In this document: positions 6,947-15,598 of the stretch, one piece after another
Layout of the letters: every line of letters begins with the position of its first letter
How positions within the stretch are numbered: position 1 is the first letter of the stretch
From: a virus
Strand: one strand, 5' to 3'
Length of the DNA: 33,237 nucleotides
Virus record (IMG/VR): IMGVR_UViG_3300045988_048147
Coordinates: 1-33,237 of that record
Notes under the pieces: model-generated
Told to the model about the DNA's origin: nothing
What the model saw: only the letters and a program-made list of their open reading frames with translations
Database searches by the model: none
Translations under genes and position numbers: made by a program

Positions 6947-8635
6947 ATGCTGAAGATCCTGATTCTAAAGCGGCAGCTGGATGCCAAGCGCAGCGAGCTA
7001 AAGGCCCTGGAGGACAAGGATGCTGAGTTTCAGACCCGGGAGGCGGAGCTGGAGACGGCCATCGGCGAGGTGGAGCCCGGCAACGCCGAGCAAGAGGCCG
7101 CCGTCACCGCCGAGGTGGACGCCTTTGAGGCGGACAAGGCCGCCCACGAGACTGCCAAGCAGACCCTGTCTGCGGACATTGAGAGCCTGGAGACCGAGCT
7201 AGCGGACCTGGAGCGCCAGGCCCCGGCTCCCAAGACCCCGGAAAAGCGGGAGAAAGTGAGAGGTGACGTACACATGGAAACCAAGATTAACATTCGTTCC
7301 CTGCCCATGGGCCGTCGGGCCTTTGATGCCCTTCCCATGGAGCAGCGGCAGGCCATCGTAGCGCAGCCGGAGGTACAGGAGTTCCTGGGCAAGATGCGCG
7401 GCATGAAGGGCCAGAGCCGGGCGGTGACCGGTGCGGAGCTAACCATCCCGGTGGTGTTCCTGGACCTGATTGCGGAAAACATGTTCCGGTATTCCAAGCT
7501 GATGAACCGGGTTCGGATGCGCAATGTGACCGGCGAGGCCCGGCAGACCATCGCGGGCACCGTTCCAGAGGCCGTCTGGACCGAGATGTGCGGTGCCATT
7601 AACGAACTGACCTTCGTGTTTAATCAGATTACCCTGGACAGCTACAAGGTCGCCGGCTTTGTGCCCGTGTGCAACTCCATTCTGGAGGACAACGACATCA
7701 ATCTGGCCAGCTGGATCGTGGAGATGCTGTCCGAGTCCATTGGCTTGGCCAAGGACAAGGCCATCCTGTACGGCAAGGGCAGCGCCTACCACATGCCCAT
7801 GGGCATTGTGACCCGCCTGGCCCAGGCCACCGCCCCGGACAACTACCCCGCCAACGCGCCCGCCTGGGTGGACCTGCATGAGAGCAATATCCTGAAGATC
7901 GGCGGTGACAGCGTCACCGGCGCCCAGTTCTGGGCCCAGCTGATGGAAGCTACTGGGGCCACCTACACCAAGTACAACCGTGGAACCATGTTCTGGGCGA
8001 TGAACAGCAAGACCTATGCCACTCTGAAAAGCAAGCTCATCACTTTTACCGCCACTGGCGACGTGGTGGCCAATCTGTTCGGGTCTCTGCCTGTGGTTAC
8101 CGGTGATATTGATATCCTGGAGTTCATTCCGGACGGCGATATCGTCGGCGGATATGGAGACCTTTACCTGTGGGCACAGCGGGCCGGTATGACCATTGAG
8201 CAGAGCCGGGAGGTGCAGTTCATCCAGGACAACACCGTGTTCAAGGGAAAGGAGCGGGCGGACGGCCAGCCTATCATTCCCGGCGCCTTCGTGGCCATCA
8301 ACATCAACAATCAGGCGGTGACCACCGCTATGGACTTCGCGGCGGATACCGCCAACGATGCCCAGCTGGCGAATCTGACTCTGACCGGCGCCTCCATCTC
8401 CTTTGATCCGGAGACATACACCTACACCGCCACGGCCACCAACAACTCCCTGAAGATCGAGGCTACCCCGGCCCAGGCGGCGGCACAGGTGGCCATCTCC
8501 GCAAACGGCAAGAACGTGCGTAACGGCGGTACCGTCACCCTGACTGCCTCCACCCTGACCCCCATCACCGTGACGGTGACCCAAGGCAATGCGGTGCGGG
8601 TCTACACACTCAACATTACCGGCGCAGCGGGCTAA
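6947..8635 (+). CDS. Major capsid protein, HK97 fold, with an N-terminal coiled-coil delta/scaffold domain and a C-terminal cadherin-like/Ig-like beta-sandwich extension
   Basis: RBS AAAGGAGA. About 110 aa of acidic coiled coil, then an HK97-like core. C-terminus LANLTLTGASISFDPETYTYTATATNNSLKIEATP...VRVYTLNIT. Confidence 0.9.
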   Translation: MLKILILKRQLDAKRSELKALEDKDAEFQTREAELETAIGEVEPGNAEQEAAVTAEVDAFEADKAAHETAKQTLSADIESLETELADLERQAPAPKTPEKREKVRGDVHMETKINIRSLPMGRRAFDALPMEQRQAIVAQPEVQEFLGKMRGMKGQSRAVTGAELTIPVVFLDLIAENMFRYSKLMNRVRMRNVTGEARQTIAGTVPEAVWTEMCGAINELTFVFNQITLDSYKVAGFVPVCNSILEDNDINLASWIVEMLSESIGLAKDKAILYGKGSAYHMPMGIVTRLAQATAPDNYPANAPAWVDLHESNILKIGGDSVTGAQFWAQLMEATGATYTKYNRGTMFWAMNSKTYATLKSKLITFTATGDVVANLFGSLPVVTGDIDILEFIPDGDIVGGYGDLYLWAQRAGMTIEQSREVQFIQDNTVFKGKERADGQPIIPGAFVAININNQAVTTAMDFAADTANDAQLANLTLTGASISFDPETYTYTATATNNSLKIEATPAQAAAQVAISANGKNVRNGGTVTLTASTLTPITVTVTQGNAVRVYTLNITGAAG

Positions 8636-8704
8636 TCGGCCGTGTGTCCGAATCGGACACGTGGCATGACATGAAATTCAGCAAAGCGAAAGGAGACATT
8701 GGAC

Positions 8705-8980
8705 ATGGGCGAGCAGGCGATCTTGACCGCCTTAAAGGTGGATTTGCAGATCTCAACATCTGCAATGGATACATATTTGGGGCAGCTGATCACTGCCGCC
8801 CGGTCCTATATATCCCGCGAAGGCATCACCCTGACGGAGAGCGTTGAGGATGGGATGCTGGTGGAGATGTATGCGGCGTATCTCTATCGCCGCCGGCGCG
8901 AGGAGAACGTGCAGATGCCCCGGATGCTTCGGTGGGCGCTGAACAACCGCCTGTTTTCCCAGAAAGCGAGGGGGACCTGA
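8705..8980 (+). CDS. Head-tail connector (gp6-like)
   Basis: Position after the capsid gene. ILTALKVDLQISTSAMDTYLGQLITAARSYISREGITL resembles phage gp6-like connectors. Confidence 0.7.
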   Translation: MGEQAILTALKVDLQISTSAMDTYLGQLITAARSYISREGITLTESVEDGMLVEMYAAYLYRRRREENVQMPRMLRWALNNRLFSQKARGT

Positions 8981-9303
8981 TGGATGACGTGTTGGTCCTG
9001 GTGCAGCCGCAGCTGGTCCAGAATGACATCGGCGATTTTGTGCCGGCCGGGCCGCCTCTGACACAGCAGATATTTGGGTCCATCAGCTCCGTCAACCGTG
9101 CGGAGTGGTACAGCGCCGGCCAGGAAGGCCGAAAGCCTGAGCTGGTCTTTACCACCCCGATCATCAATTACAGCGGTCAGCCGGAGGCGGAGTACCACGG
9201 GACGCGATATAGCATTTACCGCACCTATCTCCGCCAGGGGTCCGATGAGATGGAGCTGTATCTGGAGCGAAAGGTAGGAGTGCAGAGTGAACATCAGAGC
9301 TGA
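8980..9303 (+). CDS. Head closure / head-tail adaptor protein
   Basis: TGATG overlap with the upstream gene. Size and position match SPP1 gp16-like proteins. Confidence 0.6.
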   Translation: MDDVLVLVQPQLVQNDIGDFVPAGPPLTQQIFGSISSVNRAEWYSAGQEGRKPELVFTTPIINYSGQPEAEYHGTRYSIYRTYLRQGSDEMELYLERKVGVQSEHQS

Positions 9304-9670
9304 GGACCTGGTGGATGCCGTCTCCGAAGAACTCGATATATATGCCAACGAGGTCGCTGATACGGTCAAAAAAACCGTAACCGCCGTGGCAAAGGAAACC
9401 GTGAAGGTTGTCAAGCAGAAGAGCCCCTCGGCATCCGGGGCCTACAAAAAGTCATGGGCACAGAAAAAAACCTATGATAACACCGGCAGTATCCAGATCA
9501 CCGTATACAACCGCAAGCACTATCAGCTGACCCACCTGCTGGAGAACGGCCACGCCAAAAGGAACGGTGGACGGACACGGGCGTTCCCACATATCGCCCC
9601 TGCGGAAGAATTCGCAGAGCGCGAACTGGAACAAGAGCTTCGGAGGAAATTGGGGGAAGGAAGTCCATGA
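9287..9670 (+). CDS. HK97 gp10-family tail/neck component
   Basis: GTG start. HYQLTHLLENGHAKRNGGRTRAFPHIAPAEE is the gp10-family motif. Confidence 0.7.
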   Translation: MNIRAEDLVDAVSEELDIYANEVADTVKKTVTAVAKETVKVVKQKSPSASGAYKKSWAQKKTYDNTGSIQITVYNRKHYQLTHLLENGHAKRNGGRTRAFPHIAPAEEFAERELEQELRRKLGEGSP

Positions 9671-9978
9671 GCCTGGAGGAAATCAAAAAACTGCTGGAAA
9701 CAACCGGCCTTCCGGTGGCTTACCGGGCGTTCCCTGTGGGAAATGCCCCGCCGCTCCCCTTTATTTGCTATCTGTTCGCCAGCACGAACAATTTTAATGC
9801 CGATGATGTGGTGTATCAGGTCATCAACCGCATCACCATTGAGCTGTACACGGAAAGCAAGGACCTGGAAGCAGAAAACGCGGTAGAGGCTGCTTTGAAG
9901 GACCTGTGCTGGGAAAAGTCTGAGGAATACCTGGATGACGAGCAATGCTATGAGATCATATACGAAATTGAGGTGTGA
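9667..9978 (+). CDS. Tail completion / terminator-like protein
   Basis: Synteny (immediately upstream of the major tail protein), 103 aa. Confidence 0.5.
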   Translation: MSLEEIKKLLETTGLPVAYRAFPVGNAPPLPFICYLFASTNNFNADDVVYQVINRITIELYTESKDLEAENAVEAALKDLCWEKSEEYLDDEQCYEIIYEIEV

Positions 9979-9980
9979 CA

Positions 9981-10826
9981 ATGCCTACCAATACTCCTAA
10001 CAAGGTCAAATACGGCCTCAAAAATGCCCATTACGCGCTCCTTACCATCGGCGAGGACGGAACGGTTACATACGGGAACCCCGTTCCCATTCCCGGATCT
10101 GTCAACCTGACCATGGACGCCCAGGGTGATACGTCGACATTCTATGCCGACAACATGGCGTATTTTGTGACCGCTGCGAATGATGGTTACTCCGGCACTT
10201 TCGAGGTCGCGCTGATCCCCGATCGGTTCCGCCAGGATGTGCTTCATGAGACCATGGACGAGGCCGCACAGGTGCTGGTGGAGAATATCAACAACCAGAC
10301 AAGTCCCTTTGCCCTGCTCTTTGAGTTTGACGGCGATAAGAAAGCCACCCGCCATGTGCTGTACAACTGTACATGCACCCGCCCCAGCGTCTCAGGAGGC
10401 ACCACGACCAACACCAAGGAACCCTCCACCGAGACGATGAACCTGACGGCCTCGCCCCTGCCCAACGGCAATACAAAGGCCCGGACAACGGTGGACACGC
10501 CGGCCGCCCAGTACGCTGGCTGGTATGACGCGGTATGGAAGCCGCTTGGGCAGTTGGTGGTGACCAGTGCCGCCGGCGCGACGTCCGGCAAGACAGCTCT
10601 GACAGTCGCTCCCGAGCTGACCAGCGGGAACAGCTATAAGTATCAGACCTCCGCCTCTGTGGCGCTTCCGGCCTATGGAGAGGCGCTCAGTGACGGATGG
10701 ACCGACTGGGACGGCAGCGAGGAGCTCACCGCCACCACCGGGCAGCAGATCGCTGTGGTGGAGGTCAACGCCGATGACCAGGCGATGGCCGGCGGCGTTG
10801 CCACGGTCACCTCTAACGGAGGCTGA
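9981..10826 (+). CDS. Major tail (tube) protein, phi13-like, with a C-terminal Ig-like extension
   Basis: PNKVKYGLKNAHYALLT... N-terminus. The C-terminal ~95 aa (from about nt 10545) is a separate Thr/Ala-rich beta-type domain. Confidence 0.8.
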   Translation: MPTNTPNKVKYGLKNAHYALLTIGEDGTVTYGNPVPIPGSVNLTMDAQGDTSTFYADNMAYFVTAANDGYSGTFEVALIPDRFRQDVLHETMDEAAQVLVENINNQTSPFALLFEFDGDKKATRHVLYNCTCTRPSVSGGTTTNTKEPSTETMNLTASPLPNGNTKARTTVDTPAAQYAGWYDAVWKPLGQLVVTSAAGATSGKTALTVAPELTSGNSYKYQTSASVALPAYGEALSDGWTDWDGSEELTATTGQQIAVVEVNADDQAMAGGVATVTSNGG

Positions 10827-10828
10827 CC

Positions 10829-11191
10829 ATGGAGAAAACGATTGAGATTGACGGCCGCCCGGTGACGTTCCGGGCGACCGCCGCAATCCCCAGATTGTAC
10901 AGGATCCGGTTCCACCGGGACATCATGCAGGACATGGCCCTCATGCGTAAAGAGATCCTCAAGGCCCAGAAGGAGAAAAAGAGTGTCCCTGTGGACATGC
11001 TCACCGTTTTTGAAAATGTGGCGTTCCTGATGGCCAAGCACGCGGACCCCAGCATAGAGGCAAATACCGTAGAGGATTGGCTGGAGACCTTCAGCTCCTT
11101 CAGCATCTACATGGTATTCCCCGTGATCTCCGAACTCTGGACGGAAAATATCCGGACCCTTGTGGAGGCTAAAAAAAAACAAGGCCGATAG
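10829..11191 (+). CDS. Tail assembly chaperone (G-like)
   Basis: Lies between the tube protein and the tape measure. Ends AKKKQGR* across an A9 run. Confidence 0.75.
   Translation: MEKTIEIDGRPVTFRATAAIPRLYRIRFHRDIMQDMALMRKEILKAQKEKKSVPVDMLTVFENVAFLMAKHADPSIEANTVEDWLETFSSFSIYMVFPVISELWTENIRTLVEAKKKQGR
11171..11179 (+). promoter_or_regulatory. A9 slippery run; putative -1 programmed ribosomal frameshift site
   Basis: GCT AAA AAA AAA CAA in frame 0. The -1 frame is open from 11173 (a TAA at 11170-11172 closes it upstream) to TAA 11362-11364. Confidence 0.6.
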
Positions 11192-11364
11192 ACCGGTCGA
11201 TGACTACTGCCCTGTTCCTGCTGCGGGCAGCACAGATGGGCTTATCCATGTCAGACCTGGACTTGCTCACGATTGGAATGGTCTGGGACATGATGACGGA
11301 AGCCGCCAATGACCACTGTACGTACGAGCAGCTCCCGACACAGGACGATTTTGACAGCTTTTAA
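11173..11364 (+). CDS. -1 frame extension of the tail assembly chaperone (G-T-like fusion product)
   Basis: Continuous -1 frame ...DRSMTTALFLLRAAQMGLSMSDLDLLTIGMVWDMMTEAANDHCTYEQLPTQDDFDSF*. It fills an otherwise gene-free gap before the tape measure. Confidence 0.55.
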   Translation, partial: KKTRPIDRSMTTALFLLRAAQMGLSMSDLDLLTIGMVWDMMTEAANDHCTYEQLPTQDDFDSF

Positions 11365-11378
11365 GGAGGTGTCCCGTT

Positions 11379-12989
11379 TTGGCAAGCAGAATCAAAGGCA
11401 TCACCATTGAGATCAACGGCGACACCACAAAACTCAGCCAGGCGCTGCGCGAGACCGACACACAGCTTACTACTGTGCAGAAGAACCTGCGGGATGTGGA
11501 GCGGCTTCTAAAACTGGACCCCACCAATACAGAGCTGCTTGCCCAGAAGCAGCGGCTTCTGGCGGAGCAGTCCGCCCTCGCGGCGGATCGGCTGGCGCAG
11601 ATGGAGGATGCTGCGAATCATCTCGACAGCTCTCTCAGTCAGAGCCAGCTGGATGATTTCAATCTGGAGCTGGATTTGACGCGGGCCCGGGCGTCCCTCG
11701 CGGAGCAGGAACTCCGGGATTTTGAGCAGAGGCTGAACGATGTGGATGACTCCGCGGAGGACTCTTCGGACAGTCTGAACGACGTGGGCGATGCCGCAGA
11801 CGGGATGGACGATGGCTTTTCCCTGGCGGACGGGGTCATTTCCAACTTTGTGGGCGGCGCAATGACCAAGCTGCTGGATATTGCGCTTCAGGCCGCTGAG
11901 GCCATCTGGAATCTAGACGAAGCCACGGAGGAGTACCGGGAATCCATGGCCCTGCTGAATACCGCGTTTGAGACCGCGGGATTCGGGGCGGACACGGCGA
12001 AGCAGGCCTATGAGGGCTTTTACACGATTCTCGGAGATACGGGGCAAGCCACAGAGGCGTCCCAGCTGCTATCCCAGCTTGCCACAAACGAGCAGGATGT
12101 GGCAGAGTGGATCGACATTGCCGCAGGCGTCTATGGCACCTTTGGAGAATCCATCCCAATTGAATCGCTGATTGAAGCGGCCAATGAAACGGCCAAAACC
12201 GGACAAGTCACCGGAACCCTGGCGGACGCCTTGAATTGGGTCGGGTTGAGTGAGGAGGAAGTAAATAGCCAGCTATCTATGCTGAATGACGAGAGCCTCC
12301 GCGCTCGGCTGTTGATGGACACACTATCTAACACATACAAGACCGCCAGCGAGTCTTTCTACGAAAACAGTGAGGCCATCCGTGAGTCACGGCAGGCTCA
12401 ACTGGAGATGGATGATACTTTGGCCATACTGGGACAGTCTGTGGCGAACCTCAAGACACAGCTGGCCGAAGCCTTTGGGCCAAGCGTCCTTGAGTTGATA
12501 TCTGCCATCGCGGATTTGTTGGAAACGTTGTCCCCAATTATCAACCTTATCCTCAAAAATATTATCACTGTCATTGATGCAGTGACGCTCCTAATCGGAC
12601 TACTTGCGGATGCGGTGGGTTGGCTCCTTGATCTGCTGGGCCTTGGCGGGAAAGGCGGAGATATTGAGGTCACAACATCCGGTTCCGGGAGCCGTACCAT
12701 GGCGGACGCTTCGACTTACAGCATCCCCGCATTTGCGTCCGGCGGCGTGATTCCGCCAAACAATCCTTTCCTGGCCGTCCTGGGCGATAACCGGCAGGAG
12801 CCGGAGGTGGTTGCTCCCTATTCCACCATCAAGCAGGCCGCCCGGGATGCCATGGCCGAGCGCGGAGGGACTGGGCAGATCACCATTGTGCTGCGGGCAG
12901 CAGATGGATTTACGCGGAATCTCTCCTATTCGCTGGATCAGGAATCCGCCCGGCAAGGCGTGCGCCTGGTCAGCACAAAGGGGGTATGA
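11379..12989 (+). CDS. Tape measure protein
   Basis: TTG start after AAGGAGG. 536 aa, alpha-helical and Ala/Leu/Glu-rich, with a hydrophobic segment LSPIINLILKNIITVIDAVTLLIGLL. Canonical position. Confidence 0.85.
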   Translation: MASRIKGITIEINGDTTKLSQALRETDTQLTTVQKNLRDVERLLKLDPTNTELLAQKQRLLAEQSALAADRLAQMEDAANHLDSSLSQSQLDDFNLELDLTRARASLAEQELRDFEQRLNDVDDSAEDSSDSLNDVGDAADGMDDGFSLADGVISNFVGGAMTKLLDIALQAAEAIWNLDEATEEYRESMALLNTAFETAGFGADTAKQAYEGFYTILGDTGQATEASQLLSQLATNEQDVAEWIDIAAGVYGTFGESIPIESLIEAANETAKTGQVTGTLADALNWVGLSEEEVNSQLSMLNDESLRARLLMDTLSNTYKTASESFYENSEAIRESRQAQLEMDDTLAILGQSVANLKTQLAEAFGPSVLELISAIADLLETLSPIINLILKNIITVIDAVTLLIGLLADAVGWLLDLLGLGGKGGDIEVTTSGSGSRTMADASTYSIPAFASGGVIPPNNPFLAVLGDNRQEPEVVAPYSTIKQAARDAMAERGGTGQITIVLRAADGFTRNLSYSLDQESARQGVRLVSTKGV

Positions 12990-13381
12990 GCGTGCAGGTT
13001 ATCATGGATGGTGTATCTTACCGGCTCAATGTGCGCTATGAGACCCTGGGGCGATCTTTCCGGCTGGACGAAGGCCAAAACGCCGGAACAATGCTTTCCG
13101 GAGACTACACCAGAGACCTCATGGGCACCTATTACGATTATTCCATGGAGGTGGAGCCGGATCCCCGGTTTCCGGCCGACTACGATGCCTTTTACGAGGC
13201 AATCTCAGCCCCAGTCCCCAGCCACAGCCTTACCCTCCCGTATGGGCAGAGCACCATCACCTTTGACGCAATGGTCTCCGAAGGTACAGACCTCTATCGG
13301 GGGAAAGTGGCCAACCGCACACGCTGGGGAGGCCTGCAGGTACAGTTCACGGCCAAAAAGCCACAGAGGACGCCTACATGA
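12986..13381 (+). CDS. Small tail component (possible distal tail protein)
   Basis: Synteny only; 131 aa, overlapping starts and stops on both sides. Confidence 0.45.
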   Translation: MSVQVIMDGVSYRLNVRYETLGRSFRLDEGQNAGTMLSGDYTRDLMGTYYDYSMEVEPDPRFPADYDAFYEAISAPVPSHSLTLPYGQSTITFDAMVSEGTDLYRGKVANRTRWGGLQVQFTAKKPQRTPT

Positions 13382-15588
13382 ATCAGATTATTTACAGCAA
13401 ATGGGTGTTTGAGGATGACGACATCCGCTCCGCACAAATCTACCGCGCCACGTCCCTGATTGCGGACAGTTTGGAGCCAAACACCTTAAACGCCACAGTC
13501 CGGTGCAGTGACAGCAGCATCCTCGAATTCGAGCAAGATACCCGGTTGACCTATATCCACGGCACAGATCTGCCGGCCTATTTTTACATCCAGGACATCA
13601 CCCGCACGGGCCCGGACGAGTACGCAATATCCGCAATGTCCGCCATTGGGCGGCTCATCCACGGGGAGCAACACTACGGCGGCATCTACACCGGGCAGAC
13701 CGTGGGACAAGTTATCCCGGAAATCTGCGGCCCGGTGACCTGCATCGTCAAAACCAATCTGCAAGACGTACAGATATATGGTTGGCTGCCAATCGCATCC
13801 CGCCGGGACAATCTGGCGCAGATCCTGTTTGCCGTCGGCGCATGGATCAGGGATGATCTGGATGGAGTCCTCCACATTGAGCGGCTTTGGGACGGGTATA
13901 CCGCCAATATCACGCAGGCGCAGATCTACCAGGGTCCCAGTATGTCCTACGGGGCAAAGGTCACGCAAGTGGTTGTCACAGAGCACCAGTACGTTCAGGG
14001 GGGAGAGGAGGTCACGCTCTTTGAGGGACAGTCCCGGCAGGGCGATATCATCACATTCTCCGAGCCCGCGTACAACCTTCGTGCCTCTGGGTTCAGCATT
14101 TTGGAGAGCAATGCCAACTATGCCAAGATCACGGCTGGAAATGGCACACTTATAGGCTCGGCCTATATCCACAATACCCGCCAGGTCTCAGCTGATGTCT
14201 CCCAGGCAGCAGAGCCCAATGCGGTGACTGTATCGGACGCCACTCTGGTGTCCCTGGTCAACTCATCCGATGTGGCCCAGCGTCTGGCGCAGTATTACGC
14301 CTGCCTGGCTACTTTTGACGGAGACATCCTGCCGGGACAACAGCTGGATGGCAATGTGGTCGGCATCTATGATCCGTTTGACCGACAGATGGTCCAGGCG
14401 TGCCTCAAGAGCCTGGACATCAAAATATCCGGAACGCTCAAGGCCACCGTATCTGCACTGGTGGGATTCAAGCCGCCGCAGGTGGATGACTCCCAGACGC
14501 TGGATGAGCGCATCGTGCTCACCGGATCAGGGACTTATCAAATTCCTACCGAAACAACTTTAATCCGCTATGTTTTAATAAGCGGAGGCCAGGGTGGACA
14601 TTGCGGGCAAAAAGGTGGGGATGTTGGCACGTCGCCATCTGTATCCTGGACCGATCCTCCACCATTTGAGAACCAGTTACGCGGCTGCGGACTTGCGAAC
14701 GGCGGTGCGGGCGGAGACGGCGGTGTTCCGGGCGCGGGTGCCAGAATCCTTGAAGGAACCCTGGATATCTCCGGGATAGACTCTATTGTATACAGCTGCG
14801 GCGTAGGTGGCCTGGGTGCTGCCTATGACCCGGATGATCCGGATGGCTCTGCCGGCAGCGATACAGAACTCGGCGCTGCAACCACAGCTGGAGCACAAGC
14901 CCCGGAGGCTGGATACACAGATCCCCTCACCGAGGAAAAATACGGAGGAATTGGAGATCAAGGAATCCCTGGAGGAAAAGGTGCAGGAAAGGCAGCCAAA
15001 GTCACAACCATCAACAGTGATACTGTCCAGCTCTTTGACCCCGCTGAAAACGTTACCGACGAGGACGGCAAAACTTGGAACGGAGGCTTGACAGAATCCG
15101 ATACAGATGATCCAAAACGTGTCGCTGTGAAGACACGGAAGAATGACGGCGCTTACATTTGGTATAGTCGAGGTTTAGGTGCAGGTGCAGCCGCTGGTAA
15201 AAATGGTAAGGGCCCCGGGCCCGATGCATCGGTGTCTGTACGATCTTCATCAATTAAGGCTACTGCTGCATCTGGTGTAAATGGCGCGACACCAACCTTG
15301 ACGCCCAAAAAGCCTGCCCAGTATGGCAAAGGTGGCCGCGGTGGTTATGGCGGCGGCGGTGCCAGCTCAGGAGGACTTGCCGTTGGCTCCACAGATTCCT
15401 CGGATTACACGGTATCAATCACCGCCGGAACCGGGGGAATCGGCGGTAATGGCGGTCCTGGGGGCCCTGGCGGAGATGGCTGTATCATCCTGTACATCAG
15501 CCGACGCGTTCCACAGGAACGCGGGCCTCTGGTAACATCGGACACAAAATGGTTTTTAGACAAGCATGGCAGAAGATTCATCACGTGA
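13378..15588 (+). CDS. Large tail tip protein with a C-terminal glycine-rich domain
   Basis: 736 aa, in the position after Dit. The C-terminal third contains GGQGGHCGQKGG, GGAGGDGGVPGAG, GKGGRGGYGGGGASSGG and GGIGGNGGPGGPGGDGCIILY. Confidence 0.7.
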   Translation: MNQIIYSKWVFEDDDIRSAQIYRATSLIADSLEPNTLNATVRCSDSSILEFEQDTRLTYIHGTDLPAYFYIQDITRTGPDEYAISAMSAIGRLIHGEQHYGGIYTGQTVGQVIPEICGPVTCIVKTNLQDVQIYGWLPIASRRDNLAQILFAVGAWIRDDLDGVLHIERLWDGYTANITQAQIYQGPSMSYGAKVTQVVVTEHQYVQGGEEVTLFEGQSRQGDIITFSEPAYNLRASGFSILESNANYAKITAGNGTLIGSAYIHNTRQVSADVSQAAEPNAVTVSDATLVSLVNSSDVAQRLAQYYACLATFDGDILPGQQLDGNVVGIYDPFDRQMVQACLKSLDIKISGTLKATVSALVGFKPPQVDDSQTLDERIVLTGSGTYQIPTETTLIRYVLISGGQGGHCGQKGGDVGTSPSVSWTDPPPFENQLRGCGLANGGAGGDGGVPGAGARILEGTLDISGIDSIVYSCGVGGLGAAYDPDDPDGSAGSDTELGAATTAGAQAPEAGYTDPLTEEKYGGIGDQGIPGGKGAGKAAKVTTINSDTVQLFDPAENVTDEDGKTWNGGLTESDTDDPKRVAVKTRKNDGAYIWYSRGLGAGAAAGKNGKGPGPDASVSVRSSSIKATAASGVNGATPTLTPKKPAQYGKGGRGGYGGGGASSGGLAVGSTDSSDYTVSITAGTGGIGGNGGPGGPGGDGCIILYISRRVPQERGPLVTSDTKWFLDKHGRRFIT

Positions 15589-15598
15589 GGAGGTACAA

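Noticed and set aside
8644-8847. 67-aa ORF overlapping the start of the head-tail connector gene
   Set aside because: It starts inside the post-capsid hairpin without an RBS. The overlapping 8705-8980 frame has an AAAGGAGA RBS and a recognisable connector-like sequence.
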